Shown in pieces: positions 50,509 to 62,993 of a stretch of DNA of 64,000 nt. How positions within the stretch are numbered: position 1 is the stretch's first letter; every line of letters begins with the position of its first letter. The translations under genes were made by a program, and so were the position numbers. Origin of the DNA: Phoronis australis (Eukaryota; Animalia; Phoronida); NCBI GenBank assembly GCA_002633005.1, contig NMRA01000409.1, positions 345,938-409,937 on the forward strand. The letters are read 5' to 3'. The notes below the pieces were generated by a model. That model saw nothing but the letters and a program-made list of their open reading frames with translations, made no database searches and was not told the origin of the DNA.

Positions 50509-53500
50509 TCTGGTAATCTGAAAACAATAACACAAATGAATCAACATATGAAACCCTCCTCAATCTTTGCAAAAAACACGAGGTGGCTCTCATTTTGCAA
50601 ATGGTAGTGACATGTTCCGTAAGTGATATAATGTGTAGGATGCACAAACATGATGCGCTGTTTGCATCATGTATGAATTGTTGCTCAGGGAAAACCCTGT
50701 TTGTCATATACTGAATGTATAGTTAACTGCTGAATGCAGTCAAGCTTCTGAAACCAAGGCAACTCAGTAAATGGTGCGCTGAGCATTGCTGGTTTGGCTA
50801 AAGTTGATTTACTAAAGTGAAAAACATGTTTGCCTTGTTGTACGAGTGTCAAATTGACTCCAACTGTCCAACACACACTATTTTAACACAAGGCATGTGC
50901 ATTCAAACCTGACGCAAGGTAACTAAACTCATAACGTCTAAATTCAAACTCGCAAGTGCTGGCGCGACAAGACAAAACAGGTCATAAATGAACACTGGAA
51001 AAACAGTGAACACATTCAAATCGCATACTCAAAAAATTGAATAACACTTAACATGTCAAAAAATTCAAATTTTGTTACATATTTTGTGCGACATAGAAGA
51101 AAATGGCTAGCTGCGCTTCTGTTTATGAAGGCCAGTGCAGTAGTCAATCCCGCCCACAGGCACAGAATTATTCTTCAGACTTGTAAGGGTATCAAGGGTG
51201 TTATCAGGGGGATGAGACTGCTGGAGGTTAATATCCTTCACTATCAATACCATTAATGGAAATTGTAAGGATTTGACAAGCAGCCTTGCGTTCAATTAGG
51301 AAAGCACTTCAAAGTGGTTTTCGCGAGTGTTTCGAATTGTTACACATCGCTAATGAACGATGTTTTCCATCTGTGAGAAACGCTCACCCATAAGGAAACT
51401 GCTTTCCGCGAGCACGTCGTTAAATATTACAATTTCGCAAAGAGCTTTCTTTATCACGCAAGGCAAAATAATAGTGTCTTGTGCATGGAAGCTAGGCATT
51501 GACTTTTAATGTTTTAACTTTTTGTTTTGTTCAACAAATCAAAAAAAAACGTTAGAAGACGGACTTAGAGGCGAATTAGTTCAAGACAGAAAATCGTAAT
51601 TACAGGGCCCTACTAGGCTCTCTCATCAACTTACAAGAATTGACAATTATCAAGGTTATTTATCAAACATACAATTGTAAATATAACTGTCCGACTGGCT
51701 ACCGGTTTCCCTGCAAGCAAGCGTCCATGTTTATTTTACCGCCAGAGACACCTGCCGTAAAGTCGCCCTCTGTGGACCAGATTGTGAACCAGTTACGTTT
51801 CGGTCTTATCCCCTCTCTGCGCCAGTATTACTGAAATTTTTGCGCTGTCGTATGTTTTATGTGGCTTATGTCAAATACATATGTATGTCTATTTTTTCTG
51901 TATAGTTGACTATATATCTTGAATCACCCCACGCAATGAACTTGGAATCTTTTAATTCGTCGCTGAGTGTTTCCGAGGCATATGTGAGTAGGCTGGTGTG
52001 CGACCGATGTCGATTGAATAAGGATGTACATGGACATGTAACGGATGTAACTGGGCACCATGGTTTCAGATCAGCGTTCATGACCAATTAATGACCCAGA
52101 GTTGATGGTGGTGTGTTTTTGAGCCGTCAGTTCGTGGCAGGTCGAGCGGGTGCCACACTGACAAGTACTCACGTTCCCGAAATAACTAAACTTAGTTCTT
52201 ATGTTAGATTTCCGCTCAAGTTACCAAGTCACCGTCTCACCGGGCACTATTGACAGAGCCACCGGTCACCACGACATAAAGCGACGGACCAGTGGCACAA
52301 GGGAGGCATGCACTTCCGTTAATTTTGTTCACGTTCGTCTTACACATCACTTTTGTGCTAGTTTAGTCATTGTGAAATATTTCATCAATTAAAGTAAATG
52401 GAGCAATGGATTTGGTTGCACAATAGATGGCGACTTCGAGGGATTTTAGGCCAAACCGTGTCGGGAGGAGACACGGGAAGAGCTTAACGCCGAGCACCAC
52501 CTTACACCTGCATTTGTGCATCACAACTTATAAAAACTGTCTCGCTACGCCAGCGCCTTCTGGAGATCCAACCACTACGTTTGTCAAATTGTCAAACAAA
52601 TTGATATCGTTGACACTGTTCACTAGCCTTTCCCGTTGTCATCCGTCGGTTCTTTCTTTAATCCATACCTCCCAATGCATTCGTAAACACAAGTACTTGA
52701 ACTCGTGCTAAAAGAGTGAATGACAAAGTTGAAGTCATGGTGGTGAAGACTTAAGCAGAATAAAAATGCGCAAGTAATTGCTATCCGGAATCCGGAACGT
52801 TATAATTTGAAATTTAAAGTGGGGATTCAAACCCGAGTTTCGAACTTTTGATTTTGAATGTTTATCGCTATAAATTTAGTTTCAACTATGATCAGTGATT
52901 TTGATCTTTCATAGAGATGACAATTCGTCGTTTCCCAAGACCATGTACCGCGCATAAAATAACAAACCATGACAACGAACCCAACTTGAAGAGTTGGTCT
53001 CAAGCCCGAATTGTGAGGACTGTCGAAAGCCTGAAAGCATTGATATAATATGACAAGGGGATATTTGAGACCAATTTCCTAACGGAGAGTAGTCTAAACC
53101 AGCAGTTGTCTTTGGGCGAATTAGATGGATTTATTCGCTTTAATCGTGATTGTGTAATCACATGGGCGGTGCAGTACTGAAGTAAGTGGGGGCGCTATAG
53201 CCCCTCAGCCTAGCTCCTATGGCGCGCACTACCCAACAAGTAATTGCAGGTGGTCTGGAACACGTTGTTAAAGACACGCACAGGCCGCTCTTGTGGCATC
53301 ATGGGCCCGTTGAACTAATCACCTGGAACCATTTTTATGCTTTATTATGATATGTACTATATAAAACCGAGCTAAAGGAAGCGGCCACACTGCCTCCTCC
53401 CAGTGGAAAGATAGGCCTAAGGGAAGATTTTTGACTACCAAAATACCCTAGTAAACGCTCTGACGAAAAATTTGTCGTTTGCATAACATCAAATGACTCA

Positions 53501-53971
53501 AAATGTGTCAACCCAATTGACGGGTTTCGGATAACTCATGCTGGAAATCATGTAGATTGACGTATTCTTCCGACCGCTGCACGCTTTGCAAACCGGACAC
53601 CTTAATGGCATAATGTGAAAATTATTGAAAACAACAGCACTTTGTAACGTGTTTTGATTTGACCCTGCCTTGTGTGGTGTTCGGTTTCGTGTGGTTTTTG
53701 GCCGCTGCTTGACATTGGCTTGGCAACCGTCATCGAGTCTTGGTGTCAAGTGAATTTCCTTCCTAAAACAAAGGCGAGTTACACTGTTGCCAATAACTGA
53801 TTCGACAATAACTGCGCGGTGAGCTCACGGTTATAGAGTCATTTCGTGAGGTCAAAGCGGACGTGAATGGAACTCATCAGAGGTTCAACGAACTGAAACT
53901 ACTTCGAAATACTCTGATCTTCAGTTTGAACTCGCGTCGCTGGTTGGACGGGTTTTGCCTGGCAGGAAAAC

Positions 53972-54077
53972 ATGGAACATTTACCGATATTGTGTGTGTT
54001 GTTGACATTTGTCTGCCTTGTGAGGACTGAACAGTTGTGTTCTGTATGTTGCTGGGAAAGCAGTGATGACGCAGAAC
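53972..54077 (+). CDS. Probable first coding exon of the C1q-domain gene (MEHLPILCVLLTFVCLVRTEQLCSVCCWESSDDAE)
   Basis: aaacATGg start, signal-peptide-like core, CxxCC motif; gtgagt donor in phase 1, matching the phase-1 acceptor at 62125. Confidence 0.7.
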
Positions 54078-55419
54078 GTGAGTAGAAATCCCGGGGTTGA
54101 CGTGGGGGAACTCGATTTATTTGGGAACAGGTGAATTGCCCGGAAAGGTTGTTTTTTTCCGACTTAATTCCAACGGAATCCCTTTGAAACAGAATTATTC
54201 TGGGGGGGGGGGTTCTTATTATATTGAGGCTCCTTATACTAAGGCGGCTACATACCATCGCAAAGTCCACATTTGATTTGTTAGGTTACTTTTCGCTGTG
54301 TCAGTTTATGTCATTTTGTGATAATGTACAAATTATGGATGTCACTTGATCACAATGAGTTTTGATAAACGCGATATTGTGGGCTATCGAGGAATGTCGA
54401 AATTTGAATAGTCACGTTGATTGATTTCTTCTGGTGCACTCATAAGTTAACCGACAAAGGTGAATAATACTGACTGAACTTCACTTATTAATAACATCAA
54501 AATGAAACACACGTTATGCTGTACAGGACTGATTCACAATAAAATTTAATGGCGTACTTTGATGCTATTTTCCCGAGCACCACAAACATGGTGTGGTCCA
54601 CAGCTCCAAAACTGTAATATGGCTCGATCCTCAGCCAAAAACGTTACCGTCCCCTGCTTCAAACATTTCATTCTGTCTGCCCTACACATCCGGTGACTCA
54701 GAGTGAACTCTCGAAAGTTCAATTCAACAACTTAAATACAGTATTCGACGTGATAGAGATATCGATCGAATCTCAAAATTGATATTATCTGTTTTAGTTC
54801 AGAAATGCATTTATGGTTGTATGCAGTAAACGTCGAATTCTTGAAGTCATTAGCTTTGTACAAAGCTATAAAACAACAATTAAAGTTCGTCGTGTTTTGT
54901 GATTTTATTACAAATCCCCAGTTCACGTCCTCCGTCTGCCAGACATTCGCTAAAATTAAGGCCAATGTCTTTACCATTTAGATGCGCTTGAAACTGTTGT
55001 TTAAAGCCTATCTTAAACGGTAATACCAGTAAATTTGGTTCCTACAGTATATTAAGAGCATCGCTCTGCTAGTGTCATAAATTGTTAAATGCAACGAATT
55101 GTTAGTTGTATTTATTGCTTTGGCATACCTCATCGCGAGAATCAAACAGCTGCGAATAACACCCGCACGTGATGGTGTCTTTTTCAGACCCCTATTCAAT
55201 ACAACTGTTATCGGTCTTTTATTGTTTTGCCTGGGATCTCGCGGTGACGCAATATGGCACGAAAAGGCAGATTCACCCATCGTTTGATGGGCCTACATTT
55301 GCGTGATTGAATTCGTATTATCTTATTGCTCCAAGGCTTTGCTAGGACAACCTGGTTAACCCAGTTCATCTAAAATAATAAAATTCCGTTGAAGTAAGGC
55401 TTTAACGCGCAAGATTTTC

Positions 55420-55510
55420 TCAGCGGTTCAACAGTAGAGAGCTCGGCTACTGTTGTGGAGTTGGTGGGTTCGGTTCCGCGCTATTGTCCCTTTAAATGAA
55501 ACTTGATGCC
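55420..55510 (+). mobile_element. Degenerate tRNA-SINE head
   Basis: A-box-like cggttcaacagtag and B-box-like gggttcggttcc. Confidence 0.35.
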
Positions 55511-55869
55511 ATTAGAAAGAGCGCTAATACTTGTACACAGTTTGTGGTCAGCTTCTTTCTTTTTTAGCATGTCTTCTTATATAAGTTCGTATTTTGCTTT
55601 TAGCCGACATGAGAATTCTGAGGTTGCACAAGTTGGAGTTATTTAATACGTCCCGCTGCTTACTGAAATCACTACCTGCTGCCAAATTGCCTATATTAAA
55701 AGAACATGCACAAAAGACATGATAACTGGGAAAAGGTTCCGTTCTTTTTTGATATTTTGCAGGCTTTGCTGGCATTTTTATAAGATTACGGTTGAAAAAA
55801 TTTGCAATAATTTTTAATAATTAAACGCAAGCAGGCCACCAAGTGCCGTAACAGGCACTTACCTACGAT

Positions 55870-58760
55870 ATTTTTTTTCAGGTTTCAAATGTTTTTTCCT
55901 CTAGCTAACAAAATTACAAAACACGAGAAATGAAATAACACAGCAAAGCAGCATTCATTGCCCTGGCTAATCAAGAGGTAACGCTTCAAAATGTAATTTG
56001 CCGAGGTTAACAAAGATTTGGAAGTTGATGTCTTTATGTACAAATTTTTGTGAAAATATATAATTATAATTTTGCCCAGTACGATCAATAAGCTACCCTA
56101 ACAATTATCCACCTGAGTGTTTTTCAAGACAACAAGATCTACACGACATATTTCCTTTAACCATTCGGTGAATAGGAGTCAAACAACGACTTTACAAGAC
56201 GACATTCCCAAAACCAATGAAGAAAGGTTTCACTGCGCTCTCCATAGAAAGAAAATAAGTCATCTGCTTTTACTTTACCTTTGTGTAAAAAATTATTGGT
56301 TGGAAATATCCTGTGAATTAGGCGGCACTGAAACCAATACAATTTCTTGCCTTTGGTACAGTTAAAAGGGATTTGATTTACTACCCTCCATCATGTGTCA
56401 GGGTCATTGGAATTAACACTGTTTAAAACGAAATCGATATTTACATCAGATACTCATCTGTTTCTATATTTTCAAGCTGTTTGAAGTCACTGTACTAAGG
56501 TGTCGTAAATATTTACTGCTCCAGATCTGTTATTTAAAATTTCATACATAAATCTTGAAAAGATTGGTAAGAAAATGTTTTTCTTGTCTCTTCTTACGCC
56601 CCCCTGTTCGTTGCGAAGGTTGCACTTCTTAATCCGTAGAATTCTAATGTTGGGGGTTGAAAACCATAACCATTACAAAACGCTTCATAGGACATAAAGT
56701 AACCTTCAATATTAAACAAATCACATACACGATAAACACCCTTTTCATACCTGGCCTGAAGAAAATTAGTTTTCCACCGACTTTAATTTTTAAATTATTC
56801 CACAGTGTTAATAATCACGTTTATCGAAAATTTTAATCAGGAACATGAAATTGAATAAAACTTCTTTCCGGAACAAATTGTCATAACCATCGGCTATTTT
56901 TAAGGAAGACATCTCCCACTTTGAGAAACTTATCAACTCTACAACGAAGAACTGTTTCTGCAAGATCGCAAATGGTATCAGAGGTGAATAGTCTACCAAA
57001 AAATCGAACATGAACCATTTTCAAACCACCGTTATGTGGACTTTGCACAAGTTTGTTTCGACTAAATTTGTCATTTTCCCCAAGCAAAATGAAGTAAAAA
57101 AATCCTCTCCAACTCTTGAATTATAACAACATAAAGACTAGAAAGTGATTGTAGTAGATAAACTCTTTTAGGCAATAAAATTGTCTTAACCAGAGTAGTT
57201 ACTTTACGTGATACAGTAAGAACACTTCTTGACCAACAACTCCTTATTTTTTATTTTTAGAAGCCTACTTGTATAGTTAGTATCTGGCATAATACTGCAA
57301 TTAGTGGAGAAACAAATCCCAAAAATCTTGAAAGGTTTGTTAGTCCATAACAGGTTCTCATTAACGCAGAGTGTTTCATCACAGTCCTTTTTGGAACCAA
57401 CCCAGACAAATCTTGTTTCCTCAATATTTGGCTTTATACCAGAATTTTTTTCAATTGATCAATTAAAATTAAAGACGATTTCAAAGATAATTCAGAGCCA
57501 TCCAAGTGTCGTCGGCGTACTGAACCAGTGTAAACTCGGAAACACCAAACGTAACACCAGTGATGCCACCATCCTGTCGAATTAGATTACCTAAAATTTT
57601 CTATTTCAGTGTAAACAGAAATGGGACTCACTTTGACTACAGCCTCTCCCAATTAAAAAAAAATCTGGGAAAACTCCATGTTGGAGAACAAAGAGACTGG
57701 ATTTGTTGTAGACAATTTTTACCGTGCTTATGAACCTTGGGCTGAATTTAAAGTACTTGATTGTTTTTAATACAAAAGACCAGGAAACCGAATTGAACGC
57801 TTTTTCAAAATCAATCATAAGAACGAGTCCTGAAAGGGATTTGGAATCCAACAACTGGTTTACATCAAACGCGATTCTAATGTTTTCCCCTATATATCCA
57901 CCTGTCGCGAAACCTTGCTGATTCTCATGAATAATGGGTCCAAGAATACTTTTGAGGCATCTTGCAATACGCCCAGACAGGATCTTATAAGCTTTATTCA
58001 ATATCGAAATTGGTCGCCAGTTCTTAATGTATTCTCATGGCTTGTTTTCTTTTGGTATGATTAAGATAATACAGTGTTTTTGGGTTGTAGATAGTTCTTT
58101 GTTATTAATGCCTTCTTCAAAAGACCGGAATAAAAATACTTTAGATCTGACCAGGGACTTTTTCAGATTTTTTAAGAGTTTCATGAATTTCCTCCAGAAT
58201 GATAAAGTTTTCAAGTTCTTTTCGGTCAGACTGATTCAATGTAAGCACAGGGCCGGCTGGCAAACGTTCATTTAAATTCATGTCAACAAGGTCACTGTCT
58301 ATACAAGATTATAACTTTTTGTAAAAAGAAGTTATGTCAGCAAGTATAGCTGATTGTTCCGTACTAACATCATTATTAGATTTAATTAGCTTAATTGCAT
58401 GTTTATTTACAAACATGCGCTTTTCTAATGCTCAAAAGTACTAACTTGGTTTTTCGTCCAGTTAGCTCTCGATCTGACCCTACATGCATGTATCCTGTGC
58501 GGTAATCTTTGCATTCGGACTTCCCTTTTTCCAATAGATCCGAAATTACAGGATCATGATTCTCGTTAACCTAATCTTGTAGGGATATTATTTGTTTTTC
58601 CAGCACATTTCCTTCCTTATCTTTCATCTTTTCAGAAATACAATATGGAATAGTTACCATTCGAATATTTAATATTAACATTTCTAAAAATAATTGATCT
58701 GATATATGAAATAGAAGCTTATCAGAATCAATTTCTTGACCTGAGATCTTGATCTGAGGG
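55870..58760 (-). mobile_element. Decayed, 5'-truncated L1/Tx1-type LINE ORF2 inside the C1q gene intron
   Basis: NWRPISIL, HENQQGF...GENIR, IDFEKAFNSVSW, QYADDT (~57505-57525) and C-terminal ETFLHWFWEC; A-tract near 55870-55878; many stops and frameshifts. Confidence 0.88.
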
Positions 58761-59589
58761 AGGGGTCTGTCAGTGGACAAATATGGTGCTGGTGGCAATG
58801 CAAAAGCGGCCGATGAAAGAGGTGTCCGTGCTCCCTGGACCCATCTGAATCCGCGCTTGTGTAGTTGTACAGTAGTAGCAGTAGTAGTGACGTGTGCGGA
58901 CGTGTACAGATGTAGGTGTCATGAACGTGGCATGTTCAAAATACTGCTGGCCCGAAAGGGTTCGGGTCGACAAACCAAAATATAGCGAAATATTCACCAG
59001 TTTTTAGGTTGATGTGGTCGGGTGTATTTGTGTTTTTTTTTTGCTATACCTGTTAGCAGTGTTTAAGTAAAAAACGTCTGTGGTATCATATCCGAATGAG
59101 TATATTGCTAAAGTTCTACGTCCAATAAACAAACAGTACAAATGTCTTTCGTGTGTACAATGAAACCCATTTTGTGGAATCAATAGCGAATGCGTTTTCA
59201 AGCACAACTGAAAGTTATGTCTTGAAATGTCGACGACCACTGTTTAACGACCCCCAGACGAGAAAACAACCACTCCAGTGATTTGTAAGTCTGGTTTCGA
59301 CTTAAAGCCATGTGTTTTTTATTAGACCTACTCCTTACGTAGAAGTTATTTGTTGACATCCGCGTGTACAGGTTATACGATACATAACGCGGTTCAACAC
59401 CGGACATGAATCATGATCTGGAGTTTGAACTCAACTTTGGCACTGCTGCGAAACTTGGTGTTATTTAAGCCTATTTTGGCACCACTTCAAGACCCCAACA
59501 AAGACCGTACGTGATCCAGGTCCGTGCGGAGTGAACAGCTACATGTATATTGCGTTCAGCACTGCCACAAGAATGAAATTAGGTTTACA

Positions 59590-60000
59590 TTCGCTTGTTT
59601 AGAATGACATCATTTTAACGTTGTGGGTCCAGTCAAATAAAATTGAAACGCCGAAATTAAACAGAATGATAATAATTAGGTCAGATTTACGTAGCTCTGT
59701 AAGTTACTAAATACTTCGAAAATTGTTACCTGGTTATGGCCCTGATCATTCCCAATCCTTCTGAACTTTCCGGTAGCATATGCATGGGTGCAACCGGTGT
59801 CGGACAACACCTATTAACCCAAACACATAGTTGTTGTAAAAAAATCAAGTGCTAAATGCCCCCTTGCGTTATCTGACTCGGAAAAATCCAAGATCGGCAA
59901 ACTCTTCGAAAATGTAGTGTGAATGTGCATTTCTATTCCAATAAAGTTACGAAGTTGTACGATCTCTGTCTATATGTGGATCCAACTCGCACATACGTCA
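59590..60000. repeat. Interspersed repeat; uninterrupted paralogue of 1780-2560
   Basis: Aligns by eye to both flanks of the 1934-2334 MITE, with a single CTG at the insertion point. Confidence 0.8.
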
Positions 60001-60177
60001 CTAAAACGTTCCTTGAAAGCAGTTCTGTCCGGGTCCAAAGCAACCTCAAATAAAACGTGGATTTGAAAACGAGGTCCACACTTGACTTAAAATGGTACCA
60101 AACCATGTTTTAGTGAATTCAACCAGGCCTTGTTCTGCCCCTTGTCAATGCGCCATTATCCTCTCACTTGAGTGATC

Positions 60178-60360
60178 CATGGGCGCATCCAGGGGGACTC
60201 GAAGAGCAAAAAGGTCCGCCTCAAAGAAACAAAAAGTCCTAGCAAACGAAACAAATGTCCACAAAGTCCGCAGAAATTCGGCGCGTTGATTTTTCTCAGT
60301 AGAAGGTCCGCGAACCGAGAAATTCGAGCCCCCCTATATTTTAGGCTCGGTGCGCGCATG
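60178..60360. mobile_element. Same MITE family, internally deleted, 5-bp TSD TGATC
   Basis: tgatc|CATGGGCGCATCC...GGTGCGCGCATG|tgatc. Confidence 0.85.
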
Positions 60361-61131
60361 TGATCATAGTAGGATTGAACTAAAAAGCTTACTTATTGTG
60401 TCACAGGTTGACATTGTGGTTTTGGGGCGTTTTTGCTTACAGTTAAATGTCGTGTAACTCGCCTAAAGCGCTTGCCCGTTTGTCAAACTTTGTATGGCTT
60501 CAAAAATTTGCTTCAATATTTGAGAGTTGGCGAGAGTTGCTGAGCATAATTTTGTTTTGGAGAGCTAGATGCGAAAGTCGTTGTTAATATCTGGCCATAA
60601 GTCCACATTGGGTTTAATATTTTTAAAACTTTTTAGTAACAATAATGTCTTTTTTTAAGATTGACTGAGAGTACTGCAGAAAATTATATTGTCCGATCAA
60701 AGTTTTTTGTGTAGGCGGATGGTCACACCGGTGCAGGCGTGGGTTATAGTGGCCCACGTTCTCAATTATTGTCAGTTTAGTTGAGCAAACGCAGGTGTCC
60801 ATCCACGGTCATGGTCAGACTGTGGTCTGACACTGTAGTGGACAGACATACTGGGTAACTTCGCATACATCCATTACTGTGGGCTCTCAGGGATCCCCCT
60901 GAATCCACTTTAGATCCGCTCCAGAATAAATTCACATTTTGCCCACCAAACAAGCGATTGCACTGAGATACATTGGTGACTATCGGGACTGAGGGCAAGA
61001 GAGTCTGAGAGAACCGGTGACGTAGGACAAGAATGTGATTAGTTGGGCATGCAAAATTGTTGACCGGTGTTAAGTTTTTTCGGGTGAATTTATTTTCACT
61101 TCTTCTCCAATGTCGAAGTACTTTCGCTTTC

Positions 61132-61297
61132 CAGGGGCGGATCAAGGATTTTGAGTTAGGGGAGGGGGGGCAGGGCAGAGTATTAGCCAGGAGTTTGCTC
61201 GTCAGACATTCGCACCCCCGTACCGGCTGCCAAATGGAATCTGGGAGAATTTTAGGGGGGCCATGGCCCCCTTCGCCCCCCTCTAAATCCGCCACTG
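61132..61297. mobile_element. MITE with CAGGGGCGGAT / ATCCGCCACTG TIRs and a 5-bp TSD CTTTC
   Basis: ctttc|CAGGGGCGGATC...AATCCGCCACTG|ctttc. Confidence 0.8.
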
Positions 61298-62124
61298 CTT
61301 TCGAGTCCAGCTGGCTAGAAAATTTGCGTGCTTATAAACATAATTATGTGTGAGCTTTTCCGCAAATCGTTTGCACTGGGCAGGAAAATAGGACAAACCC
61401 TACTTGCCCAGTCGGTCAGAGCGTGACCCCACCCCAGATAACTGGTGGTCTACAGCAATGGGTTAAATGACAGTAGTCCGAATGTGCACTAATCTGAAGG
61501 TGCACAAGTCCGAATGTGCACTACTCCGAAGGTGCACTAGTCCGAAAGTATGCTTGTTTCTCTGTATATGATTCTTCCGTACGTCACTGAATGAACGCGA
61601 AAAACAATCTCTAAATGTTTTGATAAGCGTTACTGCGTTTGCAATCGTGCGACAACGAGTCCTGACGACACTTTGTGGAAATGATCTGCCAGAAGCTTTC
61701 GCTATGAAAGAAAACGAAGTGAATATCATTGTTAATCGCGAATTATGGCTCATTAAAATTAAAATTTTGAGTCGTAAACCGTGACCCACGGAATTGAATT
61801 TTGCCGTTCGCCAAAAATCTCAAATCGAGGCATCTTTAGAGCAGCCATTGACTTGGCAATCACAAAGGTCCCGCGCCGCTATACACAATGTAGGTGGGCG
61901 ACAGCGGCATGATGTTGGTGTCGCTTACGGGAAACGGCGCACGAGAGCGGCACCACACACCACCACGCCTCTAAAGCATATGAATATTCATTGATTTAAT
62001 GAAGAAATCGTTTTTGCAATGCAACGTTTTCGCATTAACAAATTCAGTTTTATGATTTTAATGTTTGCATTTAACCTTACTTCAATTGTGCCAACCTCGA
62101 CTCCGTTTTGTTTTATGTCTTCAG

Positions 62125-62993
62125 GTACCGCAGGGAAGCAATGTCGTTTGTGTGTGCACGACCAGGACACCTGCCCGAGTAAAGGCATGATCGACGAGCC
62201 CGTTCCCCTCATCCACCCTCAAGCTGCCGGGCCACCAGGCAAAACCACTCCAAGTGAGCTCCACGCAATGCCGGCACCTCAGTACAGCTTTCAACCCGGA
62301 TCTCGAGATCGCATGGTTTCTGAGGGCTTAGCTGGACCTCCTGCCGGAAAGGACAGGCGCACAGGCGCTGCTCCCGGTTACAAAGCCCAAGGTATTGTGC
62401 TGCCTGAAGGACCCGAGGATGACGATCGCTATTTGACTTTCGCAACTCGTCCAGGAACACAAGCCGGCCCTCCTGCTTATGGTCACGCACCGGCACCGGC
62501 AGCACCGGGCTGGAGAGCGTTTCCTCCAGGGACTGATCAGGCTCAAGAACTTGTTACGTCAGACATTGAAAACGCCAACAAAATCACTCAAATTGCCATT
62601 GCTTTCTCCGCTTCAACCACGCGACGCCTGAGAGCCACAAGAAAACCGGCTACAGTTTCGTTCGGCTCGGTGTTGACGAATCTCGACAGCGGAGCTATTT
62701 CACGGAATAAGTCGTTCGACCCTGATTCAGGAAAGTTCACGTGTTACGTTCCCGGCCATTACTTTTTCAGCATAAACGTGAAGAAAATTCGAGGTCACCA
62801 CACCCTGAAGTTACACTTGGTAAAGAACGGCAAAGTGGCTTTGCGAGTAGAAAGCAGTTCTTACACCGACACGATTTCGGCAACAACAATTTTGCATTTG
62901 AAACGAAACGATGTTTTACATCTAAAACTGGAAAGACGCTACTCCATCGATGCAATGTCCTTGTTTACGGGATACTTGCTGTATGCCGATTAA
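62125..62993 (+). CDS. C1q-domain-containing secreted protein (C1qDC/CTRP-like), terminal exon: Pro/Gly stalk plus globular C1q domain
   Basis: cttcag acceptor in phase 1. gC1q motifs IAFSAS, SFDPDSGKFTCYVPGHYFFS, LHLVKNG, TILHLKRNDVLHL and SLFTGYLLYAD*. The ORF-track start at 62019 is intronic. Confidence 0.92.

Noticed and set aside
58762-59500. GC-richer segment at the LINE 5' boundary, possibly a separate insertion
   Set aside because: No convincing TIR/TSD pair or coding motif could be established
62019-62124. Hydrophobic ORF-track N-terminus of the C1q protein as a signal peptide
   Set aside because: T-rich polypyrimidine tract ending in a strong acceptor; the phase-matched exon at 53972 is a better start, although a single-exon form is not formally excluded
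18487-62993. CA plus C1q as a biomineralisation gene cluster
   Set aside because: The genes are separated by housekeeping ACTR5 and nothing in the sequence shows co-regulation
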